DNA of 52,126 nt, the filler included, from Catajapyx aquilonaris (lineage: Eukaryota): NCBI GenBank assembly GCA_000934665.2. It is 2 parts of 2 records of this genome, joined end to end, with 100 filler letters (N's around TTAATTAATTAA, not from the genome) between each part and the next. Parts side by side here need not be neighbours in the genome. Positions count along the whole stretch, not along the records: positions 26,049 to 52,126 come from JYFJ02005288.1; 1 more part is not named here. One strand, written 5' to 3'. This document shows, piece by piece, positions 40,001-51,194 of the stretch. The translations under genes were made by a program, and so were the position numbers. The first letter of the stretch is position 1; the number at the start of each line of letters is the position of its first letter. The notes beneath the pieces were generated by a model that saw only the letters and a program-made list of their open reading frames with translations, did no database searches and was not told the origin of the DNA.

Positions 40001-42075
40001 TATGGACTTCAGAGCATTCATATGACTGCTGTGCAAATTTTAATGTCATTTCATGCCATTGCTTCAGTACACCAAATGTGCCGAGAGCATCAACCAGAGC
40101 AGGAGGAGCTGATTTGAAAACTGCAGGACCGAAAGCAAGATCAGTTCTGAAGGTACCAGCAAAGGCCTCTAGGATGGTAATGAAAGCTGCACCTGATGGC
40201 GGAGAAGCTGCGTCCATATTGGTGGTAGAAAGAATGCCTATTGAGATGGAAGTTGCTTCATTTCTGACCCATCCAGTTTCATCAGCAGTGCCAGAAGAAG
40301 AGGAGTTGGAAATCAGGAAGAAGCAACAGAAGAGTCATGCTGACCGGTAGGTACTTGGCTTGAAAAGCACTGTTTTGAAAAGGAGCTACATGAACTAGAG
40401 TACAAGACAATCCTGATGAGATGCAATTCGCACTACTCACATCACACGACTTAGGCATCACTGAAATTATCTCAATAGTCTGTGATGAAATCGGGACAGT
40501 GGTAGTAAAGCGACTATTCAGATTTTCAAATTTTAACCTGCCAGAATTAATATAATGCACCTTGTGAATAATGCCACTCGTGTTGGAGGATGCAGTCAAA
40601 ATTTTTGTCAAGTTGTTGCCACTTTGCCAATAACGAAGAACAAAGTTTATGGCTTGATTGCCGGAGTTTTTAGTTGTGTAAGACTTGACTGATGAAGTGC
40701 ATTTAAGGTGTCTTGGTAGTTAACTGATTTAACATATTCTTGTTACAAGTATTGCTTCAAGCGGTCTACATCTTGTTTCAGCATCGTCCAATGTGCTCCT
40801 GCTGCAACTGCGTCACCCAAGAAAGACATCATGCCAAAACGATTTCCCTGTGACATTTGTGACCAGACATTTTGCAGTGAGGGCATACTGAAGAGGCATC
40901 GCATGATGATGCACATTGTACCTACAAACTGCGTAAACTGTGGTAAGATGTGCAATTTGCCAAGCAACAAGAAGGTTTGTAATTCCTGCAGAGTGGCTAA
41001 GAAGGCATACGAAGCCAGTACATCAAAGCGATTTTTGTGTGACATTTGTGAGCATACATTTTTAAGTGAAGGCATATTGAACAGGCATCACTTGATGATG
41101 CATGTGTTGCCCACCAAGTGTAAGGCCTGTGGCAAGATGTGTAAATTGCCAAGAAGCAGGAAGATTTGCCTTTCTTGCAGAAATGCTAAGACGACATCCC
41201 AAGGGAAGAAAGAAAGGTACTTGTGCGATACTTGTGGGGAAACTTTCGAAAGGGTTACAATTTTAAGGGCTCATCTGAGGATCTTTCATCGAAATGTGAA
41301 ACACCTTCCCAGAAAAAAGTTTGTGTGCGTGTTGTGTGGAAAGTCCTCTACCAACAAGGAAACGTTTCTCCGTCATTGCCAGAGCCATAAGGAGAAGCTT
41401 GTTAATCAGTGTCAGGTGTGTGGCAGGCGATTCCGGCTGTTAGCACATTTGTTGGGGCACATGAAATCCCATTCGGTGAAGCATGCTGTGACTTATGAAT
41501 GTAAAACTTGCGGTAGACATTTGAAAACCAAGAATTCCTTGAAGCAGCACAAGAGGATGCACATGACTGAGAGGCCGTACAAGTGCAACAAGTGTGAAAA
41601 GGCATTCAAGGTGAAATATAACTTGATTGTGCACTACAGATCCCACAATGATGAAAAGCCATTTGCATGTGGGATGTGCGAAAAGACTTACAAAACGAAA
41701 TCGAGTTTGCTCGTGCATTTCCGACTTCACACGGGGGAGAAGCCATTCAAATGCTCTTTCTGTGACAAATCCTACAGGCTCAAACAGGCCCTAGTTCTTC
41801 ATGAGAAATCGCACACTGGAGAAAAACCATTTCCCTGCACTGAATGCACTCAGGCTTTTAACACTAAAGAGAAGTTGAAGCGGCATGGCTTTCGTCACGG
41901 TTTTGGAAAGTACAAGTGTGACATATGTAGTAAGACCTATGGATACAAATCATTTTTGCTTATGCACATGCGAGTGCATCGTTCAGAGCGTCCCTTCAAA
42001 TGTAAGCTGTGTGACAGGGGTTTCATAAGTACAGGCGAATTGAATAGGCACATGAAAAGGGCACATGGTTATTAG
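37073..42075 (+). CDS. Double-THAP + C2H2 zinc-finger protein (gene C, 12 fingers, ~977 aa)
   Basis: Exons 37073-37176 and 37260-37453 (canonical THAP: CAARGC...FFRFP...R|CRVW...CGR...LCSSHF...AYPTIF), 37759-38220 (DEPAAQPK repeats), 38913-39191 (second, compact THAP), 39570-39891, 40068-40346 and 40782-42075. All GT-AG, with phases 2,1,1,1,2,2 in frame. Confidence 0.88.
37782..38124 (+). repeat. Coding 24-bp tandem repeat (DEPAAQP[K/T])
   Basis: Unit gatgaacctgcagcacaacctaag, about 14 copies, inside exon 3 of gene C. Confidence 0.92.
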
Positions 42076-44716
42076 TGCCAGGGTTATTTTGTCTTTGTGA
42101 GCAGTTGCCTAGTTGGGTCCGGCACATTGAGTGGAAGGTGATGGCTCAATACACTGGAGTAGGGTATTGACGGGGAATGGTGGTTGGTATGAACATTTGA
42201 CAATATCGTAATGACTTGATGGCATGTCCATCAAACGGAATGGTGAGGGATGAGGCAGGAGAAGCAGTTCCCAAAATTTAGGCTGCAGTGTTAAGGTACA
42301 CAATTTACAATAATTAGTGTGGAATTATCCCAGTACCATTTACGGACCATTTTACAGTATTTGCTGTATTTCTCCATTTGTCCTATCTTTCTGACTTGAC
42401 TGTTCTCAGTGGAATAATGGTGTGTGTGTGTGTAATGTAATGCAATTAATCAGGCTGACGAAGATCAGAAAGTGACATCCATTGACAGTAATAACAACAA
42501 AATTATACTTGCAATACTATGTGACAGACCTCTTTGGGGAGCTTGTAAATAATGAACTTAGGAACACAGCACTGTTGGTAGATCTTCAGAGTGGGTGGAA
42601 ATGAGATATCCGAGGGGGGAAAAATCATGTGAGCACAGAGAGCATCCATTGACATTGGGAATAATTGTTGCAATTATTCTCATTTGATATTTTTGAGGAG
42701 ACCAGTAGTAATGTGGAGATTACAATATGAATTTTGGTTTTGCTCTGGCTTTTCCAACATGATGCACGTCTAACTATGACAGTTTTTATTTTTTGCAGAT
42801 AATCGGCTGGTGCAGTGTTATATTATTGCTGAATGTATGTGGTATGAAAGTTATTAAATATACATTGAAACTTGTCTAGAGTGGAGTGACTCCATCTTCA
42901 AAAGTTTTACATGCTGGATAAGTTTGCTTTACGTGCAACTGAAATACTGATTGTTGAAAATGCTGTCGCAATGCGAAACAAAAGTTGTGCGATGGACGCT
43001 TTTCTTATGTATCCGGAGTTTTGTTACAGACAGGTTTCGTTGTGTAGTTATGATGTATGTTTGGGCGCCAATGAATGTGTATGAGTGAGTGGATATGCTA
43101 AGATATGTTAATTTGTATTCCTCCCAACTCCGTCTCCTTTCCCCCTTCTACCCTATCCCTACCCTCCCTGGGCCCAGTTAGCAACTTACTATGCCTTTTT
43201 TTTTTTTTTTTTGGTCACTTGCAGGTCGTCATCACATTATCTCCAGTAACATTACATGATGTGGTGTTGGGACTAGTTGTGTAGTGCATATATGTCAAGG
43301 GATTTGTCAGAGCAACAACTCATTCACTTCATTGTTGATACTGATGTCAGTGGCTACTAAAGTGCATGTGCTTTTTGGCCAGGTCATTCCAGGAATATTT
43401 TGTGAAAATGTGAGATAGCACAAATGGTAGAATTTCCTAATGAGATGTTACAGTACTTTGGTTTCGTGGTATTGCGATCCCTGCTTCATCACTGACGTCT
43501 TGTTAGGGACGTGTCTGGAATTATTATTTTTTTACTTGGTATGATCATGGGTGGTTGAACTTGTTCCAATTATTATTTTCATGTGTGCTGTGCTAAATTG
43601 CTCCACTTTCATTCTCGACAATTTTAAATGTGTGGTCTATGCAACATGCAATGATATCAATATATTGCATGGTTTATGTTTAAACCAATATACTGCAGTT
43701 GACTGGAATTATTGTTCAGTTGTAACAGCGGCCTCTTCTCATGTACTCTTATTGCCACTCATTACGGATTATAATTTTTCTTAAACATGGGGTGGGTTAG
43801 CACACCCTGCCAAACGAAACACTGTGTTCAGTGCAGTATAACAATTAACGCTGTTGTGCTATTAAAAGCCCAATCAATCAATCTCACGTATTCTAAAACA
43901 GTGATTGGTGTCTTGAGACTGTCACGACTGAAACACACTGGAACAATCACGCTTGAGATTATCATGTTGATTTTGTAACACAATGTATCACTCTGTGGTC
44001 ACAAGTCGCCAAATATAATATGTTTATATTGAAATGCATACAGTATATGACTTTTTCATGGCATGCCAAGTGGAATGCTTGTAAAATTTATTCCTGATTT
44101 CAGAACTGCGGTGGCGATTTTGCCTATTGCCTACAACATGTCCCTGGTGGGCTAATCAATCGTCTGGAACTATAGAGTCCATTGCTAGGTGGTTTCCTGG
44201 TGAAGCATTTTAGATGAAATGATACCTTTGCTGCCGTCTAGCCTATAATAGGGTCACAGTTCTATGTTCTACATATTGACTGTAAGGCACCTGTACTTTG
44301 CAACAATCAATACAGACATACGCACATTTTCATACTTTTGCAAATTGAGTTTTGCTGGTGGAGTTGTAACTTGTGAAAAGTTGAGTTTTTTAAAAATAAC
44401 ATCGTCAGACCAAGCCACGAACAGAGAGCAAATGAAGTATTTATTTCATTTTCCAGAACCTTACACTTGTGAGCTTGATCACAGGGTATGGCATCTAGAG
44501 GATTTGTCAGAGTAGAGAATTCGGCTTCATTTGGACCCTGGTTTCAAGCTTTTACATCCACAAGAGTAGTGTTGGCCATTCCCCGAATTCAGCTTAAAAG
44601 TTGAGCATCTGGCAGAGGAGAGAGTGATCAGGTGCTGCAGCATCCAGCGCAATGGCCAGGTTGGTTCTACAAGTTTTGCTAGTTTAATTGCAACTTGAAA
44701 CATAATTGGAGGTTAC

Positions 44717-44911
44717 GGGGGGTGGCCGAGTTGGTAACGACTTAGCTTGCTGAGCGGAAGGTCACAGGTTCGATCCCCGCCCAGGATCTCCCTTTTGCCT
44801 GTGTCAGGAGTGGAGCCGTCTGGCAACCTAACTTCCAGGGAGACGGCACTGCACATGACCTAGTTTCAGACATTGCACCAGCACTCGTGTCTCCTCCCCA
44901 AAAATAATAAT
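44717..44911 (+). mobile_element. tRNA-derived SINE
   Basis: A box gtggccgagttgg, B box ggttcgatccc, non-tRNA body and (AAT)n tail. Confidence 0.8.
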
Positions 44912-45130
44912 TAAAGTGGCCCAATGGAACAAAAGCCCAAGTCCAAATCAGTAAATTGCGCCATATACTGTTCCCCTTAGGACTATTGTGTCGATGCCGC
45001 AACCACACCATAAATTCAGGTGGCCTTTACAGACCTGTTTCACTGGACTTGGGCATTTGTTCCATTGGGCCATTATTGCTTTTATGCATCATGGGAATTT
45101 TATTTACCATACTTGTAGGCCTACTGGTAT

Positions 45131-45555
45131 TGGCGTGGCGTGGGGGGGGGGGGGNGGGGGGGGGGGGGGCGCAAAATTTGGTATTAAAAAAAAAACACAT
45201 TCTTTGAGATGCGAAATTTCGCACGGGTCCCTCAGAATTTTCGACGATTTTCATTACGATACATAGGCTTTTCCGATTACTGTTCGGACAAAAAAGTTTA
45301 GACACCCTGTATATCGTTGTTAATGCAGCAAACCCATTCAATATTTTGGATATTTACCCTCATCTTTACTCCGCTTTCTTTGGGAAAATATCATTTGATT
45401 CTCCCTTCCGAGAATATTCATTCCTTTACACCAGCATTAAATGCATTTTCTTGGATTACATTAGTGTTTTCTTAATTGATACAATACGTGTGCTTGGTGG
45501 GGGGCGCAGTACTTCCCTTGCCCCTTGCGCTGGCAACCCACGCTATACGCCACTG
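45131..45555. mobile_element. Degenerate hAT-type MITE
   Basis: Left end tggcgtggcgtggg followed by poly-G; right end cccacgctatacgccactg. ctggtat flanks both ends. Confidence 0.55.
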
Positions 45556-45719
45556 CTGGTATATCCTGCCAGAGAGGCTTCCCTCCGAACAAGAGAGGTT
45601 GAATGGTGGCTCTCAACTGTCAGGATAAAATTATTACTTTAATTCATTGGGTATCAATAACAGTATGTATTTTCGGACGATATAGGCAATCCGCAGTTTT
45701 ATTACTTTCTTACATAACA

Positions 45720-46295
45720 CTTTTAATCCTGCGCACTTGATAACTGCATATCCAAATAAAGCGCAAGACGCTGAGGAGCCATCCGAAAATAATTAAAGCA
45801 TGATCACCGGGAAGAATCTAGAAAAAGGCTATGTTGCATTAATAGTGCGCGGCATGCCTTATTTGGTGGGTATTTCGGCATTGTGATGGATCATCACGAC
45901 CACTACATCCAAGTGTTTTGTTAATTTTTTTTGTCACTGGTAGTGGCAAGTATACTGGTAGCAGGCTTTCGCTTGTGCTCAGGAACTACAAACCACTCCG
46001 GAGGTCGAAAGGTCAGCGCGAACCTGTAGTGGTCACTCATGTTCTTCTTCATGCCCGAGAAGTGGTCTGGCAGGCGGGGATAGTCGTGGGCGATCACCAA
46101 ACTGCACTTTGGGAGCAGCAGTGATAAGACGTCATCAGTGATACGGGGTAAAGTTGAATGTAAAAATTGCAATGTTATATTTACATCTTCAAGATATTTA
46201 ATACATTTTAACAAATTACTGGAAAAAAGTGGAATATACGTATACACTTCACGGAGTGATGGAAAGTGTTTACATCCATTGTGCTCAGTGCCCAT
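45720..46295 (-). pseudogene. Truncated / internally deleted ionotropic receptor pseudogene
   Basis: 45983-46120 encodes LLPKCSLVIAHDYPRLPDHFSGMKKNMSDHYRFALTFRPPEWFVVP, nearly identical to both intact IRs. The ORF stops at 45921. Frameshifted M3-like remnants (IIFGWLLSV / LFGYAVIK) follow. Confidence 0.75.
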
Positions 46296-46567
46296 ACAGT
46301 GTTTCTGCGGCGCTTACCTAGGGGCGTCATAGCCATTATCCCACGAGATAGCATCGGAGCTATGCGAAAAGCCAACATACAGTATACTGCTGGAGTGCCT
46401 TTGCTCGGTGCTGTTGCGTTGGCCTCAATCGATGTCCGCAGACCTTGGCATTGAGTATAGGTTGGGGGGAAATATTTTAAAATGTCGCCTTAAATAATAT
46501 AATTTATCCAATGGGACGGTAAGGAGTAAAAAGAAAGAAAGAACTACGACAGTTACATGGGCAGACA

Positions 46568-48583
46568 CTACGGGAGATACATGAATGGAGGAGAAGAGTC
46601 CTGGGGAGAAACGGTACGAAAGGAAAATCCGGGATCCGTACATTTGCATGCCTTGGATTTCACAATTTCGTATCCCAAGAGGAGGGTACTGACCACCCAT
46701 CCGGACACGACTAGTCCGAAAGGGCCGTACAGTTTCTCCTTGCTCAGAGGCTCATCATTCTCTTCTTCTTCCCCCACATTTCTGATGACTTCTCTCTCTG
46801 GATTTTGGCGCCGTGTGTTGCGAAGGGTACGCAGGGAACGAAGGTGATTGCGGTGGACAACCATCTTGAAAAAATGGCCAAACAGACCGCTCTCCATTAA
46901 GCGCATGGAATACTTGTGGTGGGTGGCGAAGTCCGGTTGGTCCTTCAGTAGTGCCGCTCCCAAGTAGGAATTCAGCGTCACTTCGGTCCTCTTGAAGTAA
47001 GGTATCTGGTCATATTCGTCGGCGTCTTTCCACACTTCCATCTCCAGTAAAACTTGGATTCCCAGGCATGCAGTCTCTGGTTGCAGACTCCTCTGGAAAC
47101 ATTCCTTGTACGAAGGGAGGAGAACTAGGTCCTTCTTGATGGCCTGGTGCGTCGGGAGGTCCAGGTCACGAAGCACGATGGCGTAAGCCAATCCGCTCAG
47201 CTGCTCTGCCATCACTGCGTACTTTTCGGAGAGCAGGCCTTCAAAAGTGTCTGGCAGGACTTCTTTGAGAGGTACAGCAACGAAGGAGAAGACGGCCTCC
47301 TGGTACCCACAGGTGATGACCATGGCGAAGAACAGCCAGAAGGACGCAAACACTCTGAACGGGTTCGAAGATGGGACAGGTCTGTTGGGCAGCTGCTCCA
47401 GGAAGGACTGGAGGAGGTATTGACAGGCGAAGAGAAACGGGTTGGAAGGACAGTCCTGGACAAAGCCTAGTCTGGGTTTGAGGAGGAACCAGGCAGCCAC
47501 TATTCCGATCAGGGATCCAAACGAGATGCACAGCCACACGGAGCCTTGGTACGGCCAGAATATGGTCTTCCAGGACCAGACGGGACCAGGGTGGGCTCTG
47601 ACGAAGGTGAATCCGGAATAGGCGTAGGGAAACGCGAAATTGACGTGTGTCATGGCGTCTGCTTGAAACAGCGATACGATCAAAATGTCAGCCCGTCCCT
47701 TCATGAGATCTCCGTTGTAGCCAATCCAGGTTCCGTTGGCCATTCGACTATTGTAAATTTCATCCGGAGTGACGTCCTTCAAGTAGCAATCCCACTTGTA
47801 CTGCAGCTGCTTTCCGCTGACGTAAAAGCTCCTTTCGTCGTAATCCAGACTCCACAGCCCACCTTTTCTGACCTTCTCTTCAACCTGTTTCTGACTAATG
47901 TCTCTGAAAAAAGGAATCTTGATATGCCTGTTGTTGAATTTGATTGTCATGTCGGGAAACAGTTCTTCCTCTCCCATTGACATCTCAGGATATGTTCCCA
48001 GCAACTTCACCTCCGGATCACCATTGTCGCAGTAGAAGCACAAGGTGTGCAGATCCACCGCACCAGGACGAGTGACACTCCCTGTGACCTCGACCTTGAA
48101 CTTCCACCCTCTGGACACGTCCTCCAGCAGGGCCTCGTGTTTGGACGACGATTCCCTGACCCAGATGACGAAGTAGTCCCTGAAGGACTCTACGGCGATG
48201 GTGAATGCGTGGAAGAGAGCGACCCTCCTGAAGCCCTCCAGAGTGTCACTAGTCACCAAGTGCACCACGCACTCACCGGCCTTCTTCCTCCTCTCGAACC
48301 AGTCCCACAGGTCCCTCACACTCTTGTGCGAGGGAACCACGAACCACTCCGGAGGTCGAAAGGTCAGCGCGAACCGGTAGTGGTCACTCATGTTCTTCAT
48401 CATGCCCGAGAAGTGGTCTGGCAGGCGGGGATAGTCGTGGGCGATCACCAGACTGCACTTTGGGAGCAGCTGTGACGTGACCTCACTGGTTAAATGGGGC
48501 ACGAGATTTTCAGTTGAAGGTACAGCATGGTGCAGAGGAGCACGAATCAATAAGAGCGCTATAATCCATCGTGACGGATCCAT
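46568..48583 (-). CDS. Intronless divergent ionotropic receptor (IR, iGluR-related chemoreceptor), 671 aa
   Basis: Signal peptide; S1 lobe (NGTWIGYNGDLMKGRADI...FAFPY); pre-M1/M1 (WKTIFWPYQGSVW); M2 (FRVFASFWLFFAMVITCGYQEAVFSFVAVP); S2 lobe (LMESGLFGHF); M3 (PLSKEKLYGPFGLVVSGW). Confidence 0.92.
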   Translation of the reverse strand: MDPSRWIIALLLIRAPLHHAVPSTENLVPHLTSEVTSQLLPKCSLVIAHDYPRLPDHFSGMMKNMSDHYRFALTFRPPEWFVVPSHKSVRDLWDWFERRKKAGECVVHLVTSDTLEGFRRVALFHAFTIAVESFRDYFVIWVRESSSKHEALLEDVSRGWKFKVEVTGSVTRPGAVDLHTLCFYCDNGDPEVKLLGTYPEMSMGEEELFPDMTIKFNNRHIKIPFFRDISQKQVEEKVRKGGLWSLDYDERSFYVSGKQLQYKWDCYLKDVTPDEIYNSRMANGTWIGYNGDLMKGRADILIVSLFQADAMTHVNFAFPYAYSGFTFVRAHPGPVWSWKTIFWPYQGSVWLCISFGSLIGIVAAWFLLKPRLGFVQDCPSNPFLFACQYLLQSFLEQLPNRPVPSSNPFRVFASFWLFFAMVITCGYQEAVFSFVAVPLKEVLPDTFEGLLSEKYAVMAEQLSGLAYAIVLRDLDLPTHQAIKKDLVLLPSYKECFQRSLQPETACLGIQVLLEMEVWKDADEYDQIPYFKRTEVTLNSYLGAALLKDQPDFATHHKYSMRLMESGLFGHFFKMVVHRNHLRSLRTLRNTRRQNPEREVIRNVGEEEENDEPLSKEKLYGPFGLVVSGWVVSTLLLGYEIVKSKACKCTDPGFSFRTVSPQDSSPPFMYLP

Positions 48584-49106
48584 TGTTGTCAGGGTGTTTG
48601 TTCACTAATCACGAAATGAACTTTCTGGAGAAGTAATGTTTTATGGTGTCTAAATTGCACTCACTAATTAGAAAATCATACACTTAGACATGACATGAAA
48701 AATCAACCTTTAAGCACACTTTCTGCGCAAAGTCTCGCTATTATGTGAACAGAATAATTGTGGTGCCAGTTCGCTTCTGGGACAACCGCCCTACTGCGTT
48801 CAAATGGTTTGCAAGTGACCTTACACCTTTACGAAACAACCACAGCAGGTATGACGTGTCTGTCTATAGAGTCTAGTCAACGTGAAACGTGACAGTAGTG
48901 ACACACTCTAGTGATGAAGGTGCTGATTAAACTGTAATTTACGTGCTGCCAAGTGGAAAGCAGCGAATGTAATAAGAATGCGGTGTATCATTACCGAATA
49001 ATTAATTCAAGAACCCTGTCTGTGTCTTAGCTAGTATACACTTTAGCACCGACAGATTTGTCAGGAATCGTTTTGACATGTGAATAAATTATCGGAACTT
49101 GATTTA

Positions 49107-51194
49107 TCAAAATATCGGGTCGCGTACAACACGTCCTCTGGTGCTCACATCGCAATTATGAAAGCATTGTTGTGCGCGCCTAATATTCTGTACAGGGGCA
49201 GCCTCCACAGCAATTATTTTTAACGTCCGATTTCTCTTCCCGGTTTGCTTACAAGAATCGACACTTGTGCGCGTCACAATCTCGCATCCCAACATGACGA
49301 TGCAGATTATCCACCCTGCAACAATGAGTCCAAATGGACCGTACAGCTTCTCCTTGGTCAGTGGCCTGCAATCTTCTTCGCTGTCTCCCAACTCCGGCTG
49401 CTGACCTTCTACCCCAGCAGGAGAGGCACGGATGGCACTCAGGGATCGAAGGTGGTTGCGATAGGTCACCATTTTCAAGAAGTGACCTCCGAGGCCTGCC
49501 TCAGTGGAATGCATGGTTGACCCATGACCAGTCATGTACAACGGGCTGTCCTTCGGGTAAGCCACGCCCATGTATATGTGGAGACTTTGCTCCGTCTTGT
49601 CGTAGAACGGGACACGTCCCGACTCGTCACCAAACTTCCACATTTCCAGTTCCATCAGAGCTTTTAATCCCAAGCAGGCCGCCTTGGACTCCAGTGTCAT
49701 CTGGAAGCACTTCCTGTACGACGGGTGGAAAACCAGTTTCTTCATAATTGCTTGGTGCTTCGGAAGGTCCAGGTCTCCAACCAAAATGGAGTAAACGAAC
49801 GCGTTCAGTTGCTCAGCTCCAACTTTGTAATTCATGGAGAGAAGATCAGCGAATGTGTCTGGCAGAACCTCCCTGGGCGGTACGGCCACGAAGGAGAAGA
49901 CGGCCTCCTGGTACCCACAGGTGATGACCATGGCGAAGAAGAGCCAGAAGGCGACAAACACTCTGAACGGGTTCGAAGATGGGACAGGCATGTTGGGCAG
50001 CTGCTCCAGGAAGGACTGGAGGAGGTATTGACAGGCGAAGAGAAACGGGTCGGAAGGACAGTCCTGGACAAAGCCTAGTCTGGGTTTGAGGAGGAACCAG
50101 GCAGCCACTATTCCGATCAGGGATCCAAACGAGATGCACAGCCACACGGAGCCTTGGTACGGCCAGAATATGGTCTTCCAGGACCAGACGGGACCAGGAT
50201 ATCCTCGTAAGAAGTAGACTCCGGAGTACCCGTATGGAAACGCAAAGTTAACGTGCGTCATGGATTCCGCGGTAAGCAAGGAAATGATCATAAACTCAGC
50301 TCGGCCTGACATCAGTTCCCTCATGAAACCGTTCCAGCTTCCGTTGCTCATCCGGCTGTGGTATATTTCTTCCGGATTTAGGCTTATGTAGTAGCAGTCC
50401 CATCTGTAATTCCTGTAATTTCCGTACACGTACAGAATAATCTCATCCAGATCCAGGCTCCACAGCCCATCTCTTCTGACCCTTTCTTCCACCTCCTTTT
50501 GGCTCACGTCTCTGTAAAATGGAAGCTTGAAGTGTCTGTTGTTGTATTTTGTTGTCATGTCCGGAAACAAAACATTTCTTGTCTTCATTGATATCGAGTC
50601 AGGATACCTACCCAACAACCTGACTTCCGGATCACCATTGTCGCAAAAAAAGCACAAGGTGTGCAGATCCACCCCACCAGGACGAGTGACACTCCCTGTG
50701 ACCTCGACCTTGAACTTCCACCCTCTGGACACTTCCTCCAGCAGGGCCTCGTGTTTGGACGACGATTCCCTGACCCAGATGACGAAGTAGTCCCTGAAGG
50801 CCTCAACGGCGATGGTGAATGCGTGGAAGAGAGCGACCCTCCTGAAGCCCTCCAGAGTGTCACTAGTCACCAAGTGCACCACGCACTCACCGGCCTTCTT
50901 CCTCCTCTCGAACCAGTCCCACAGGTCCCTCACACTCTTGTGCGAGGGAACCACGAACCACTCCGGAGGTCGAAAGGTCAGCGCGAACCGGTAGTGGTCA
51001 CTCATGTTCTTCATCATGCCCGAGAAGTGGTCTGGCAGGCGGGGATAGTCGTGGGCGATCACCAGACTGCACTTTGGGAGCAGCTTCAATATTCCATGAC
51101 TAACAAGATCCTCCACTGTCTTATCGAGGTACTGGTCATAACACTGACACTCCGACACCACGAACCACACGAGGACGACAAGTTTAACCGTCAT
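49107..51194 (-). CDS. Intronless divergent ionotropic receptor (IR), 695 aa
   Basis: Paralog of 46568-48583 with the same motifs. Likely ATG at 51194 (MTVKLVVLVWFVV signal peptide), downstream of the ORF-track start. Confidence 0.92.
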   Translation of the reverse strand: MTVKLVVLVWFVVSECQCYDQYLDKTVEDLVSHGILKLLPKCSLVIAHDYPRLPDHFSGMMKNMSDHYRFALTFRPPEWFVVPSHKSVRDLWDWFERRKKAGECVVHLVTSDTLEGFRRVALFHAFTIAVEAFRDYFVIWVRESSSKHEALLEEVSRGWKFKVEVTGSVTRPGGVDLHTLCFFCDNGDPEVRLLGRYPDSISMKTRNVLFPDMTTKYNNRHFKLPFYRDVSQKEVEERVRRDGLWSLDLDEIILYVYGNYRNYRWDCYYISLNPEEIYHSRMSNGSWNGFMRELMSGRAEFMIISLLTAESMTHVNFAFPYGYSGVYFLRGYPGPVWSWKTIFWPYQGSVWLCISFGSLIGIVAAWFLLKPRLGFVQDCPSDPFLFACQYLLQSFLEQLPNMPVPSSNPFRVFVAFWLFFAMVITCGYQEAVFSFVAVPPREVLPDTFADLLSMNYKVGAEQLNAFVYSILVGDLDLPKHQAIMKKLVFHPSYRKCFQMTLESKAACLGLKALMELEMWKFGDESGRVPFYDKTEQSLHIYMGVAYPKDSPLYMTGHGSTMHSTEAGLGGHFLKMVTYRNHLRSLSAIRASPAGVEGQQPELGDSEEDCRPLTKEKLYGPFGLIVAGWIICIVMLGCEIVTRTSVDSCKQTGKRNRTLKIIAVEAAPVQNIRRAQQCFHNCDVSTRGRVVRDPIF

